64,000 nt of DNA from contig JAUPSS010000001.1 of assembly GCA_040285825.1 (NCBI GenBank), positions 3,224,001 to 3,288,000 on the forward strand, read 5' to 3'. Made by a program: the position numbers and the translations under genes. The DNA comes from Eukaryota sp. TZLM1-RC (taxonomy: Eukaryota > Protista > Metamonada: BaSk clade). Positions 46,806 to 59,710 of this stretch are shown one piece after another; the stretch's first letter is position 1, and every line of letters begins with the position of its first letter. The notes under the pieces are model-generated. The model had not been told where the DNA came from. It saw only the letters and a list, made by a program, of their open reading frames with translations, and searched no databases.

Positions 46806-48580
46806 TTCTTATCTTTAAGGTGACTTAAAGATTGTGAAAAGAGCAACTGTTTGTTTTAAAGAATTATTTACCAAAATTGGCATCCGACTTAATTTACTTA
46901 AATGTGTTTTGTTATTGAATTCTGCAGTTTCTACAACAGTAGATGGTATTGAAATTCAAGCCAAATTATATTCAATTGATGCTATTCGTCATTTGGGTTC
47001 GTTTTTAGGAAATAATGATGAAATTACCAAAAAATTGTTTGCAAAGTTTAACTCAATTTCCGAAAAATTGACCTAATGATGAAATTTTTTTACTGTACTG
47101 TATTGTTATTGAAATAAAATTCTATCTAGTATTCAATGTGCTCCAAACAAACATCAATATTCCATGATGAAATTGGACATACAGAAACATATCAAACTTT
47201 TATTATAAGACTTTGTTTTAGCTCCAACTTTAATCATATATTTCGATCTACAAATCCTCTCGTCACTAGGCCTTTGGCTCAAAAGTTTAATGAGTTACGT
47301 CCAAAATTCTTGTTACAATTACTAGGATGTGAAATGTTCCAAATTCCAGATCATGCTTACCTTAGTCCACATTATGGCGGTTTAGGTTGGACAAAGGCTT
47401 CTATTCTTATTTCATGTGCTTTTATCGGTGGATGCAGAAATGCAATCTTTGAGTTTTCCGAAAGATTTGTAGATTGGGAAGATATATTATTGACAACGCA
47501 AAGTTCTACTGATTTTGCATTGAATGAAGAAAATTCAAAAATTGATGTAGAAAAATGGAGTCGATGCTTTCCCCAATCATTCAATGGCAATATATCAGAA
47601 AGGAGAATTATTTATTTTTAAAATACACTCTTCGAACATTACAGAAACGATTGACTGAAATGTATGAAAATGATCTTTATAATAATATATGCAGCTCGGC
47701 TGTCTTAAATCAAGATCATCACTCATTGCTGTTGGAAAAAGGTGTTTGTGAAAATCAGTCGTCAGATTCTTCACTGTTTATAACCATTGTACCACCAAAT
47801 TTTGGATTGTGTTCAACTAATGAAGCATTTGTAACAAAAATGAGATTATATTTGAATATCCCCATTAATCAATTATTATCAAAAGAAAAATGTATTTGTT
47901 CGAATTAACCTCAACTCACTGTGCATCATGCTCTGAGTCGTTCTAAATTGATAGCTTATCGTTCTTCAATACATGATGCTGTTAGAGATACTGTTTTCAA
48001 TATGGCACGAACTGCAAGAATCTCGTGTATCAAAGAGCCTCTGCTGAAGGAAACATCGTCATTGAATAATTTTGGCTTTGATGACAGAGGTGATGTATAC
48101 TGTGATCGGATTAAGAACTCTGAAGCTATTGTTGACTTTGTCTCATGTAATGTTGCAAATGATACTTTGGTTCACAGAAGAAAACTTAATCCTGTGGCTG
48201 CTCTTGAATTTAAAGCACAAGAAAAACATAGAAAATATGACAAAGATATTGAAGAGGCTAATGCTGATAGAAATAGACCACTTGTTTTTACTGTTTTCCC
48301 ATTTTCAATAAACGGAACACTATCAGTAGAAGCAGGAACTTTTTTGAATGATTTTCAAAAAATGGTTCAAGAAAAAACAATGAAAAGATTTGATACTTTT
48401 TATGGCGCTCTCGAAATCAATTTGCCATTACTAAAAGATTGCCTCGGTTTTTCAATCGAATAAGAGAAGTTTTAGCTAGAAATAGAGCAGATCAAAATTT
48501 TGTAGAAGAAATCTTGGTTCAATGAATTTCGTCCCTTCATTAGTTTTGGGGTTTTTTTGTCAACTGTGCAAGTTCAATAA
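46799..48580 (+). mobile_element. 5'-truncated family-A element (from just after YMDD to the 3' end)
   Basis: ORFs 46834-47076, 47136-47621, 47555-47908 and 47921-48463 are homologous to 26187-27770. Ends GTGCAAGTTCAATAA. Confidence 0.92.
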
Positions 48581-49089
48581 ATTAGTTAGATGTTGAGTTA
48601 TAAGTTGTTGAATAAAGAAATATAATTAAAAATCATGAAACCAGTTACCATGTATTTGATTTTTTTATTTGATTTATTTGTTTTATTTGATTTATTTTAT
48701 TTGATTTTTTGCTTTAGAAAAAGAGAATTGTTTTCAATGATGGAAGCAAATTTTCGTTAACTCTATTCATTTGGTTCTATTCCAAATCCCCATTATTCAG
48801 AACATGTTCACTGTGTTTTTCTCAACGTCCAAAAAATGACTAATATAGTACCTAAAAACATTCCGGAATTACAATTAATTATTTCTAAAATTGATTCTTA
48901 TCCTGAATATTTGCTTAAGTGACTTTTTAGCTTTCATACATTTACTCAAAGTTGTCCAAAAGAGTAAGACTCATTCTGTTATACTTTTTGTTTTCTAATA
49001 GAAGGGACACTGCAATAACACTCTGTAGCCTTTGACATTTCGTGTTGGTTCACTATCCAACAATTTACAAACGACTCATTACGATTATA

Positions 49090-51490
49090 GATTTTTTTGT
49101 TGCCTTTCATGCACAAGAATAAACTTCCTATCACTGCAATTGAAGTTCTTAAAGCTATTCAAAAATTACCAAAGGGGAAAGCAGCAGGCCCATCTGGAAT
49201 TTCTTTTGATCTCTTAAAAATAGCGTGTTCCAGTGCTCCCGAAATTGCGGATGATCTAGCCCATTATTTTCAACAATTAATTGTTTTGAAAATTAATCCT
49301 CCATTTGAATTACTCGCTGCACGTCTGATTGCTTTAGTAAAGCCTGGAAACGGAAGCAAACCTGATGGAATACGCCCAATTGCTGTTGGTGAATCTCTTT
49401 CTCGTTTGCTGGCATCAATTGTCTTCGATCGTGTCAAAGACAAAGCTTCTACATTTTTGAATCCTCATCAATTTGGAATCAAAACAATTGATGGTGCTTC
49501 TGTTGCTGCTATTGCCTCTGATACCTTTTTTAATGCAGAGGAAAATAATTTTATTTTTAATCTCGACTTTAAAAATGCTTTTAATTCTGTAAAGCGAGAA
49601 GCACTTTTTGAAGTTATTAAATCTGATTTTCCTGAGCTATCGAGTTTTTTCTACCATTTTTATGGGAAAGAATCAGATTTAATTTTTAATTCATTTGGTC
49701 TTAAATCATCTTCTGGTGTGAAGCAAGGTGATCCTTTAGGCCCATTATTGTTTTGTTTAGCTATTCACAAAACTTTAAATATCATTAAGCAAAAATACCC
49801 TTCTATAAAAATAGTTGCTTATATGGATGATATATCCTTGATTGGTTCATTTGATTTACTAGAATTGGTTGCTCAAGAAATTGCTGATTCATATGAAAAT
49901 ATTGGGCTTCATCTTAATGCGAGCAAATGCCTTCTGATTGGCTCTTCTGCTCAAGATCTCGTGATAAACGATTCTATTGTCCCTTTTACTAATTATAGTA
50001 GTGATGCTTTTAAGTTCCTTGGTTGTTGGTTAGGAAACGTGCCTCAAATTCAGAATGAATTGCAAGTTATTTTGGAGAAAATGAAAATTGAACTTGATTC
50101 AATTTCTTCTTTAGATATAGAAAAGCAAATTGAATTTTTCATGCTTAAAATTTGCTACACTGGGAGAATAACCCACATTTTGAGATCTTGTGCTCCATCC
50201 ATAGCATTAGATTTTTGTCGTTCATTTAATTCAATGGGAACAGAATTTTTTGCTGATTTATTGGATGTAGAACCAGGAATGTTGAAAAGCCATTTATTTT
50301 CTTCAGCAAATTTGGGTGGTATTGGATTAACTAAGTCTTCAATTTTGTGTCAATCAGCATTCTTGGGTGGTGGCAAAAATTATATTTATGAATTTTCTCG
50401 TAGATTTCCTGATGATTCTCATCTGTTAGTTCCCAATTGCAGTCCCTATTTGTATGAGTTATCTTGTGAACTTGAAAAATTGCCGCCACAAATTTGGACC
50501 AAATGTTTTCCTCAATCAATTCAAGAAATTCCAAACCGATCTCTTTTTAATTTACAGTTTTGCTGTAAAAAGCTTCAACAAAAATTGTCAAAGATTTTTG
50601 AAAGCTTGGATTTTGATGTTAGACTTGGCTTGGCCAAGAAAAAGAATCCCGCTTTTGCAAATCTTTTACAAGATATGTGTGATAGTACTTCTTCTGCCTT
50701 AGTAACAACAATTCCACAAGTTTATGGTACTCTCTTAACCGATTCTGCTTGACTCTGAATATGAGATTTCGTTCCTTTATCTGGCCTGATAATTTACCTC
50801 ATAATTTAATTTGTAAATGTTCTCGAGAAATTACAACTACTCATTTGTTAAATTGTAAACATTTTATTACTTTTAGAAGCAAGATTCATGATGCTGTAAG
50901 AGACCAGTTATATTGTATGTGTAAATCTCATAGAATTGAATCCTTCTTGGAACCTCTGTTGTCAAATCTGTTTGATGCTGAAGATGATTTTCATAAGAAT
51001 AATAGAGGTGATGTTATATTACCTGGATTAGATGGAAGTTTCATTTTATTGGATGTAATGTCTGTTGATCCTTGTAATGCCTCAAATGAAAGGCTTGTTA
51101 ATTCTGAAATTCATAATCCTCTTTCAAATGCTGAAAATTTCAAACTCAAAAAATACAATGAACCTTTGTCCAAATTGGCCAATCTACAGCATGCAAAATA
51201 CAATTTGTATCCATTTGTATTTTCCCTTTTTGGTTCTCTTGCACCAACTGCTTTACGTTTTTTGGATGATTTTGAATTGATTGTCAAGAGAAGAACTGGG
51301 AGAAATTTCAACATATTGTTTTGGCAAAATAGAATTGTGTTTTCTATTTTTAAGGGGATGTTGAAGAAGGTTTCTGATGCTTTGCTGTCTCTTGGTTCTC
51401 ACTATGAGAGAGTTGCATCTAGTGTTTTTGTTTTGGGAGAGATGGATTTTTTAGATGTTGATTTATAGGCTTTGAATAAAATTAAAATAC
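49090..51490 (+). mobile_element. Family-B CRE-like element with RT, CCHC and RLE essentially intact; N-terminus missing
   Basis: KAAGPSG, RPIAVGE, LDFKNAFNS, GVKQGDPLGP, YMDD, KFLG; CKCSREITTTHLLNC; IHDAVRD..EP..RGDV..DV..KLKKY. One 1-nt break at ~50750 (TG where the 13 kb copy has TGG, Trp). AATAAA follows the stop. Confidence 0.93.
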
Positions 51491-51710
51491 TTGAAAAAAA
51501 AGAAATAAACTAAATAAAACAATTACAAGATGACGTGATCCAATTTCCTAATAGGGAAAGTCTCGTTTTGATTTTTTTGATTTATAGAGAGCAAGACCTC
51601 AAGATTTTGAATGTGCTTGAATTTGTATAGGAGTGGAATGTTTTGAACGTATTTACTAAGAAAAAACTATAAATCATTAATCACTCATTTTATTCAAACT
51701 TTTGCTCACA

Positions 51711-52444
51711 CTACATTTCATGGTCACTAATGGGATGTTTGGGTTTTTCAAAGCAGGGTTGATCAGTACCGTGGCAAACCATGGGATCTTGCCAGAACTT
51801 GCAGTAGCTGCAGGGAGGACAGAAGTGCTTGGGAGTCCATTTGAGACACCAGTCGGGAAGCTTGATGACCATTTTTTGATCAGTGTGAACAGGAGGTTTA
51901 CCATCTTCAAGATCGAGCTTCATTTCAAGATATCCAGTGTTCTTTGGATCAATTCTAATAATGCCCTTCCAATGACGTTGGAATCCAGGTCTAGAAAGCC
52001 ACATATGAACTTCATCCTTTTCAGAAATGGTGCCGGTAACTTTCCACCAGAAGCCCTGGGCCCACATGGTTCCATGGAAGGATCCCTTACCATCGGCAAA
52101 GATTTGAGCAGTAACAGGCCATTTACGAATTAATTGTCCCTTAGGTCCAAATTCGTACTTATCACCAGACCATCCCCCATGACCAGTAAGAACATCAAAG
52201 CGACGATCAGACCAGGGGTATCTAGGGCAAATGGGTCTTCCATCACAAGGGATATCGAGGTGTTGGCATACAGGGGGATCTTGCCAGACTTTGCAGTAGG
52301 AATCTTCCCTAAAGAATTGGCAAAGTTCATCACCCTTCATTGGTCTTTCATGACCAGAATGAAGTTCAACTGCTAGAACAGCAACAGTAATTGCAAGGCT
52401 ATGGTTAAATCAAATTCCATGGCATACAAGACAAGTAGCTTCAT
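51711..52444 (-). CDS. Secreted Cys/Trp-rich protein, 234 aa, copy 1 (exons 52428-52444, 51711-52398)
   Basis: Splicing GTATGCCATGGAATTTGATTTAACCATAG (52399-52427) gives MKLLVFLAITVAVLAVELHSGHERP in frame with the 209-aa ORF. Confidence 0.88.
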
Positions 52445-53313
52445 CGTGATCCAGAGGAGTGGGATTTTTTGGTTAATGGCGTTTTTGTACTGTGCTGTAG
52501 TCTTACTGTAGTCTCTGTTTACAGTAGGATCGACTTTACAGTTGAGCTCTACTACGAGCATTTGATTGGGCATAATGTCTGCATTGTTTAAATTGTTTTA
52601 CATGTTTTAACAGTTGTTTTCGGCTGTATTTGAGTTTTTGTGATTCACCACTCATTAAGAATTCAACTTTAGTATTTTTAACTAAAATTGTTGTTGTTTC
52701 CTTTAGAATGGTCATTATTTGGTAGAATTGATCACGACTTGGTAATTTTTAGCAAGAATCTTTTGGTGTGTTTCAAAAGTTTTTTTTTCTTGCCCCATCC
52801 AGTGTTTCAATGTTTTCTATTTCCAGGAAAAAGTAAACCTAATTTCGTGGAGAATGGTAACTGTATTACAGAAATGGTCAAGATCGACCAATAAGCGTGA
52901 TTGAACTGCAAGTTAAATGACATTTGTTTGAAACAGGAAATCAAAACACCAAACATTAAGGACCCTTGCCGATGGAACTTTGTTGAAAACTGGGTTGGCG
53001 ATCAAACTACCCACAGCTACGTGACTCAATAATACATACCCTCAACTCTTTGATTAAGCTTATTAAAACCTCCATTTGCAACCAAGAGCTACACTTTCAA
53101 GAAATGATTGGATGCACTAACCTCCACAAACGTGAAGCACAGGAACCAACTTGAATCAGAGTTGTGCCTCAACATCAAGGAGCACTCATTGCTACATATA
53201 GTTTCTCAAAAGTTCCCTCATCATTAAAGCACTTTAGTACTTTTGTTCCCATTCACCCACTATCATACATAAAAAATCATTATTCACTCTATTTATTCAA
53301 AATCATGCTCAGA

Positions 53314-54047
53314 CTACATTTCATGGTCACTTATGGGATGTTTGGGTTTTTCAAAGCAGGGTTGATCAGTACCGTGGCAAACCATGGGATCTTGCCAGAA
53401 CTTACAGTAGCTGCAGGGAGGACAGAAGTGCTTAGGAGTCCACTTGAGACACCAATCAGGAAGCTTGATGACCATTTTTTGATCAGTGTGAACAGGAGGT
53501 TTGCCATCTTCAAGATTGAGCTTCATTTCAAGACATTCAGTGTTCTTTGGATCAATTCTGATAATGCCCTTCCAATGACGTTGGAATCCAGGTCTAGAAA
53601 GCCACATATGAACTTCATCCTTTTCAGAAATGGTGCCGGTAACTTTCCACCAGAAGCCCTGGGCCCACATGGTTCCATGGAAGGATCCCTTACCATCGGC
53701 AAAGATTTGAGCAGTAACAGGCCATTTACGAATTAATTGTCCCTTAGGTCCAAATTCGTACTTATCACCAGACCATCCCCCATGACCAGTAAGAACATCA
53801 AAGCGACGATCAGACCAGGGGTATCTAGGGCAAATGGGTCTTCCATCACAAGGGATATCGAGGTGTTGGCATACAGGGGGATCTTGCCAGACTTTGCAGT
53901 AGGAATCTTCCCTAAAAAATTGGCAAAGTTCATCACCTTTCATTGGTCTTTCATGACCAGAATGAAGTTCAACTGCTAGAACAGCAACAGTAATTGTAAG
54001 GCTATGGTTAAATCAAATTCCATGGCATACAAGACAAGTAGCTTCAT
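53314..54047 (-). CDS. Secreted Cys/Trp-rich protein, copy 2
   Basis: Same exon/intron structure; variable patch TECLEMKLNL. Confidence 0.88.
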
Positions 54048-54916
54048 CGTGATCCAGAGAAGTGGAGCTTTTGGTTAATGGCGTTTTTGTACTGTGCTGT
54101 AGTCTTACTGTAGTCTCTGTTTACAGTAGGATCGACTTTACAGTTGAGCTCTACTACGAGCTTTTGATTGGGCAAATTGTATGCTAGGTTTAAATTGTTT
54201 TACATGTTTTTAACAGTTGTTTTTCGGCTTTATTTGAGTTTTTTTGTGATTAACCACTCATTATGAATTCAACTTTAGTATTTTTAACTAAAATTGTTGT
54301 TGTTTTCTTTAGAATGGTCATTATTTGGTAGAATTGATCACGACTTGGTAATTTTTAGCAAGAATCTCTTGGTGTGTTTCAAAAGTTTTTTCTTGCCCCA
54401 TCCAGTGTTTCAATGTTTTCTATTTCCAGGAAAAAGTAAACCTAATTTCGTGGAGAATGGTAACTATATTAAAGAAATGGTCAAGATCGACCAATAAGCG
54501 TGATTTTACTGCAAGTTAAATGACATTTGTTTGAAACAGGAAATAAAAAAACCAAACATTAAGGACCCTTGCCAATGGAACTTTGTTGAAAACTGGGTTG
54601 GCGATCAAACTACCCACAGCTACGTGACTCAATAATACATACCCTCAACTCTTTGATTAAGCTAATTACAACGTCCATTTGCAACCAAGAGCTACACTTT
54701 CAAGAAATGAGTGGATGCACTAACCTCCATAAACGTGAAGCACATGAATCAACTTTAATCACAGTCGTGCTTCAACAGCAAGGAGCACTTATTGCTACAT
54801 ATAGTTTCTCAAAAGTTCCCTCATCATTGAAGCACTTTAGTACTTTTGTTCCCATTCACCCACTTTCATACATAAACAATCATTATTCACTCTTTTTATT
54901 CAAAATCATGCTCAGA

Positions 54917-55650
54917 CTACATTTCATGGTCACTAATGAGATGTTTGGGTTTTTCAAAGCAGGGTTGATCAGTACCGTGGCAAACCATGGGATCTTGCCA
55001 GAACTTACAGTAGCTGCAGGGAGGACAGAAGTGCTTAGGAGTCCACTTGAGACACCAATCAGGAAGCTTGATGACCATTTTTTGATCAGTGTGAACAGGA
55101 GGTTTGCCATCTTCAAGATTGAACTTCATTTCAAGATATTCAGTGTTCTTTGGATCAATTCTGATAATGCCCTTCCAATGACGTTGGAATCCAGGTCTAG
55201 AAAGCCACATATGAACTTCATCCTTTTCAGAAATGGTGCCGGTAACTTTCCACCAGAAGCCCTGGGCCCACATGGTTCCATGGAAGGATCCCTTACCATC
55301 AGCAAAGATTTGAGCAGTAACAGGCCATTTACGAATTAATTGTCCCTTAGGTCCAAATTCGTACTTATCACCAGACCATCCCCCATGACCAGTAAGAACA
55401 TCAAAGCGACGATCAGACCAGGGGTATCTAGGGCAAATGGGTCTTCCATCACAAGGGATATCGAGGTGTTGGCATACAGGGGGATCTTGCCAGACTTTGC
55501 AGTAGGAATCTTCCCTAAAAAATTGGCAAAGTTCATCACCTTTCATTGGTCTTTCATGACCAGAATGAAGTTTAACTGCTAGAACAGCAACAGTAATTGT
55601 AAGGCTATGGTTAAATCAAATTCCATGGCATACAAGACAAGTAGCTTCAT
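54917..55650 (-). CDS. Secreted Cys/Trp-rich protein, copy 3
   Basis: Same structure; patch TEYLEMKFNL, C-terminus KHLISD. Confidence 0.88.
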
Positions 55651-56517
55651 CGTGATCCAGAGAAGTGGGGCTTTTTTGGTTAATGGCGTTTTTGTACTGT
55701 GCTGTAGTCTTACTGTAGTCTCTGTTTACAGTAGGATCGACTTTACAGTTGAGCTCTACTACGAGCTTTTGATTGGGCATAATGTCTGCATTGTTTAAAT
55801 TGTTTTACATGTTTTAACAGTTGTTTTCGGCTTTATTCGAGTGTTTGTGATAAACCACTCATTAATAATTCAACTTTACTATTTTTAACTAAAATTGTTG
55901 TTGTTTTCTTTAGAATGGTCATTATTTGGGAGAATTGATCAAGAGTTGGTAATTATTAGCAAGAATCTTTTGGTGTGTTTCAAAAGTTTTTTTTCTTGCC
56001 CCCTCCAGTGTTTCAATGTCTTTTATTTTTAGGAAAAAGTAAACCTAATTTCGTGGAAAATGGTAACTGTATTAAAGAAATCTTCAAGATCGACCAATAA
56101 GTGTGATTTAACTGCAAGTTAAATGACATTTGTTTGAAACAGGAAATAAATAAACCAAACATTAAGGACCCTTGCCAATGGAACTGTGTTGAATACTGGG
56201 TTGGTGATCAAACCACCCAAAGCTACGTGACTTAATAATACATACACAAACTTTTTGATTAAGCTTATTACAACCTCCATTTGCAACCAAGAGCTGCACT
56301 TTCAAGAAATGATTGGATGCAGTAACCTCCACAAACGTGAATACATGAACCAGCTTGAATCACAGTCGTGTTTCAACAGCAAAGACCACTTATTGCTAAA
56401 AATAGTTTCTCAAAAGTTCCCTCATCATTGAAGCACTTTAGTATTTTTGTTCCCATTCACACACTATCATACATAAAAAATTATTATTCACTCTATTTAT
56501 TCAAACTCTTGCTCACA

Positions 56518-57251
56518 CTACATTTCGTGGTCACTAATGGGATGTTTGGGTTTTTCAAAGCAAGGTTGATCAGTACCGTGGCAAACCATTGGATCTTGCC
56601 AGAACTTGCAGTAGCTGCAGGGAGGACAGAAGTGCTTAGGAGTCCACTTGAGACACCAATCGGGAAGCTTGATGACCATTTTTTGATCAGTGTGAACAGG
56701 AGGTTTGCCATCTTCAAGATTGAGGTTCATTTCAAGATATTCAGTGTTCTTTGGATCAATTCTGATAATACCCTTCCAATGACGTTGGAATCCAGGTCTA
56801 GAAAGCCACATATGAACTTCATCCTTTTCAGAAATGGTGCCGGTAACTTTCCACCAGAAGCCCTGGGCCCACATGGTTCCATGGAAGGATCCCTTACCAT
56901 CGGCAAAGATTTGAGCAGTAACAGGCCATTTACGAATTAATTGTCCTTTTGGTCCAAATTCGTACTTATCACCAGACCATCCCCCATGACCAGTAAGAAC
57001 ATCAAAACGACGATCAGACCAGGGGTATCTAGGGCAGATGGGTCTTCCATCACAAGGGATATCGAGGTGTTGGCATACAGGGGGATCTTGCCAGACCTTG
57101 CAGTAGGAATCTTCCCTAAAAAATTGGCAAATTTCATCACCCTTCATTGGTCTTTCATGACCAGAATGAAGTTCAACTGCTAGAACAGCAACAGTAATTG
57201 TAAGGCTATGGTTAAATCAAATTCCATGGCATACAAGACAAGTAGCTTCAT
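56518..57251 (-). CDS. Secreted Cys/Trp-rich protein, copy 4
   Basis: Same structure; patch TEYLEMNLNL. Confidence 0.88.
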
Positions 57252-58112
57252 CGTGATCCAGAGAAGTGGAGATTTTTTGGTTTATGGCGTTTTTGTACTG
57301 TGCTGTAGTCTTACTGTAGTTTCTGTTTACAGTAGGATCGACTTTACAGTTGAGCTCTTCTACAAGCTTTTGATTGGGCAAATTGTCTGCATTGTTTCAA
57401 TTGTTTTACATGTTTTAACAGTTGTTTTCGGCTTTATTTGAGTTTTTGTGATTAACCACTCGTTATTAATTCAACTTTAGTCTTTTTAACTAAAATTGTT
57501 GTTTTTTTGAATGGTCATTATTTGGTAGAATTGATCACGAGTTGGTAATTTTTAGCAAGATTCTCTTGGTGTGCTTCAAAAGTATTTTCCTTGCCCCCTC
57601 CAGTGTTTCAATGTCTTTTATTTTTAGGAAAAAGTAAACCTAATTTCGTGGAAAATGGTAACTGTATTAAAGAAATCTTCAAGATCGACCAATAAGTGTG
57701 ATTTAACTGCAAGTTAAATGACATTTGTTTGAAGCAGGAAATAAATAAACCAAACATTAAGGACCCTTGCCAATGGAACTGTGTTGAATACTGGGTTGGT
57801 GATCAAACCACCCAAAGCTACGTGACTTAATAATACATACACAAACTTTTTGATTAAGCTTATTACAACCTCCATTTGCAACCAAGAGCTGCACTTTCAA
57901 GAAATGATTGGATGCAGTAACCTCCACAAACGTGAATACATGAACCAGCTTGAATCACAGTCGTGTTTCAACAGCAAAGACCACTTATTGCTAAAAATAG
58001 TTTCTCAAAAGTTCCCTCATCATTGAAGCACTTTAGTATTTTTGTTCCCATTCACACACTATCATACATAAAAAATCATTATTCACTCTATTTATTCAAA
58101 CTCTTGCTCACA

Positions 58113-58845
58113 CTACATTTCGTGGTCACTAATGGGATGTTTGGGTTTTTCAAAGCAAGGTTGATCAGTACCGTGGCAAACCATTGGATCTTGCCAGAAC
58201 TTGCAGTAGCTGCAGGGAGGACAGAAGTGCTTAGGAGTCCACTTGAGACACCAATCGGGAAGCTTGATGACCATTTTTTGATCAGTGTGAACAGGAGGTT
58301 TGCCATCTTCAAGATTGAGGTTCATTTCAAGATATTCAGTGTTCTTTGGATCAATTCTGATAATACCCTTCCAATGACGTTGGAATCCAGGTCTAGAAAG
58401 CCACATATGAACTTCATCCTTTTCAGAAATGGTGCCGGTAACTTTCCACCAGAAGCCCTGGGCCCACATGGTTCCATGGAAGGATCCCTTACCATCGGCA
58501 AAGATTTGAGCAGTAACAGGCCATTTACGAATTAATTGTCCTTTTGGTCCAAATTCGTACTTATCACCAGACCATCCCCCATGACCAGTAAGAACATCAA
58601 AACGACGATCAGACCAGGGGTATCTAGGGCAGATGGGTCTTCCATCACAAGGGATATCGAGGTGTTGGCATACAGGGGATCTTGCCAGACCTTGCAGTAG
58701 GAATCTTCCCTAAAAAATTGGCAAAGTTCATCACCCTTCATTGGTCTTTCATGACCAGAATGAAGTTCAACTGCTAGAACAGCAACAGTAATTGTAAGGC
58801 TATGGTTAAATCAAATTCCATGGCATACAAGACAAGTAGCTTCAT
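58113..58845 (-). CDS. Secreted Cys/Trp-rich protein, copy 5 (1-nt deletion in a G5 run at ~58675; sequencing error or pseudogene)
   Basis: ACAGGGGATC where other copies have ACAGGGGGATC; otherwise nearly identical to copy 4. Confidence 0.75.
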
Positions 58846-59710
58846 CGTGATCCAGAGAAGTGGAGATTTTTTTGGTTTATGGCGTTTTTTGTACTGTGCT
58901 GTAGTCTTACTGTAGTTTCTGTTTACAGTAGGATCGACTTTACAGTTGAGCTCTTCTACAAGCTTTTGATTGGGCAAATTGTCTGCATTGTTTCAATTGT
59001 TTTACATGTTTTAACAGTTGTTTTCGGCTTTATTTGAGTTTTTGTGATTAACCACTCGTTATTAATTCAACTTTAGTCTTTTTTTAACTAAAATTGTTGT
59101 TTTTTTGAATGGTCATTATTTGGTAGAATTGATCACGAGTTGGTAATTTTTAGCAAGATTCTCTTGGTGTGCTTCAAAAGTATTTTCCTTGCCCCCTCCA
59201 GTGTTTCAATGTCTTTTATTTTTAGGAAAAAGTAAACCTAATTTCGTGGAAAATGGTAACTGTATTAAAGAAATCTTCAAGATCGACCAATAAGTGTGAT
59301 TTAACTGCAAGTTAAATGACATTTGTTTGAAACAGGAAATAAATAAACCAAACATTAAGGACCCTTGCCAATGGAACTGTGTTGAATACTGGGTTGGTGA
59401 TCAAACCACCCAAAGCTACGTGACTTAATAATACATACACAAACTTTTTGATTAAGCTTATTACAACCTCCATTTGCAACCAAGAGCTGCACTTTCAAGA
59501 AATGATTGGATGCAGTAACCTCCACAAACGTGAATACATGAACCAACTTGAATCACAGTCGTGTTTCAACAGCAAAGACCACTTATTGCTAAAAATAGTT
59601 TCTCAAAAGTTCCCTCATCATTGAAGCACTTTAGTATTTTTGTTCCCATTCACACACTATCATACATAAAAAATCATTATTCACTCTATTTATTCAAACT
59701 CTTGCTCACA

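Noticed and set aside
52850-53300. Spliced-leader RNA, snRNA or 5S gene in the array spacer (the usual CRE target)
   Set aside because: No recognisable SL exon/GT/Sm-site layout or known RNA motif, the spacer is more variable than the gene, and no element is inserted in the array.
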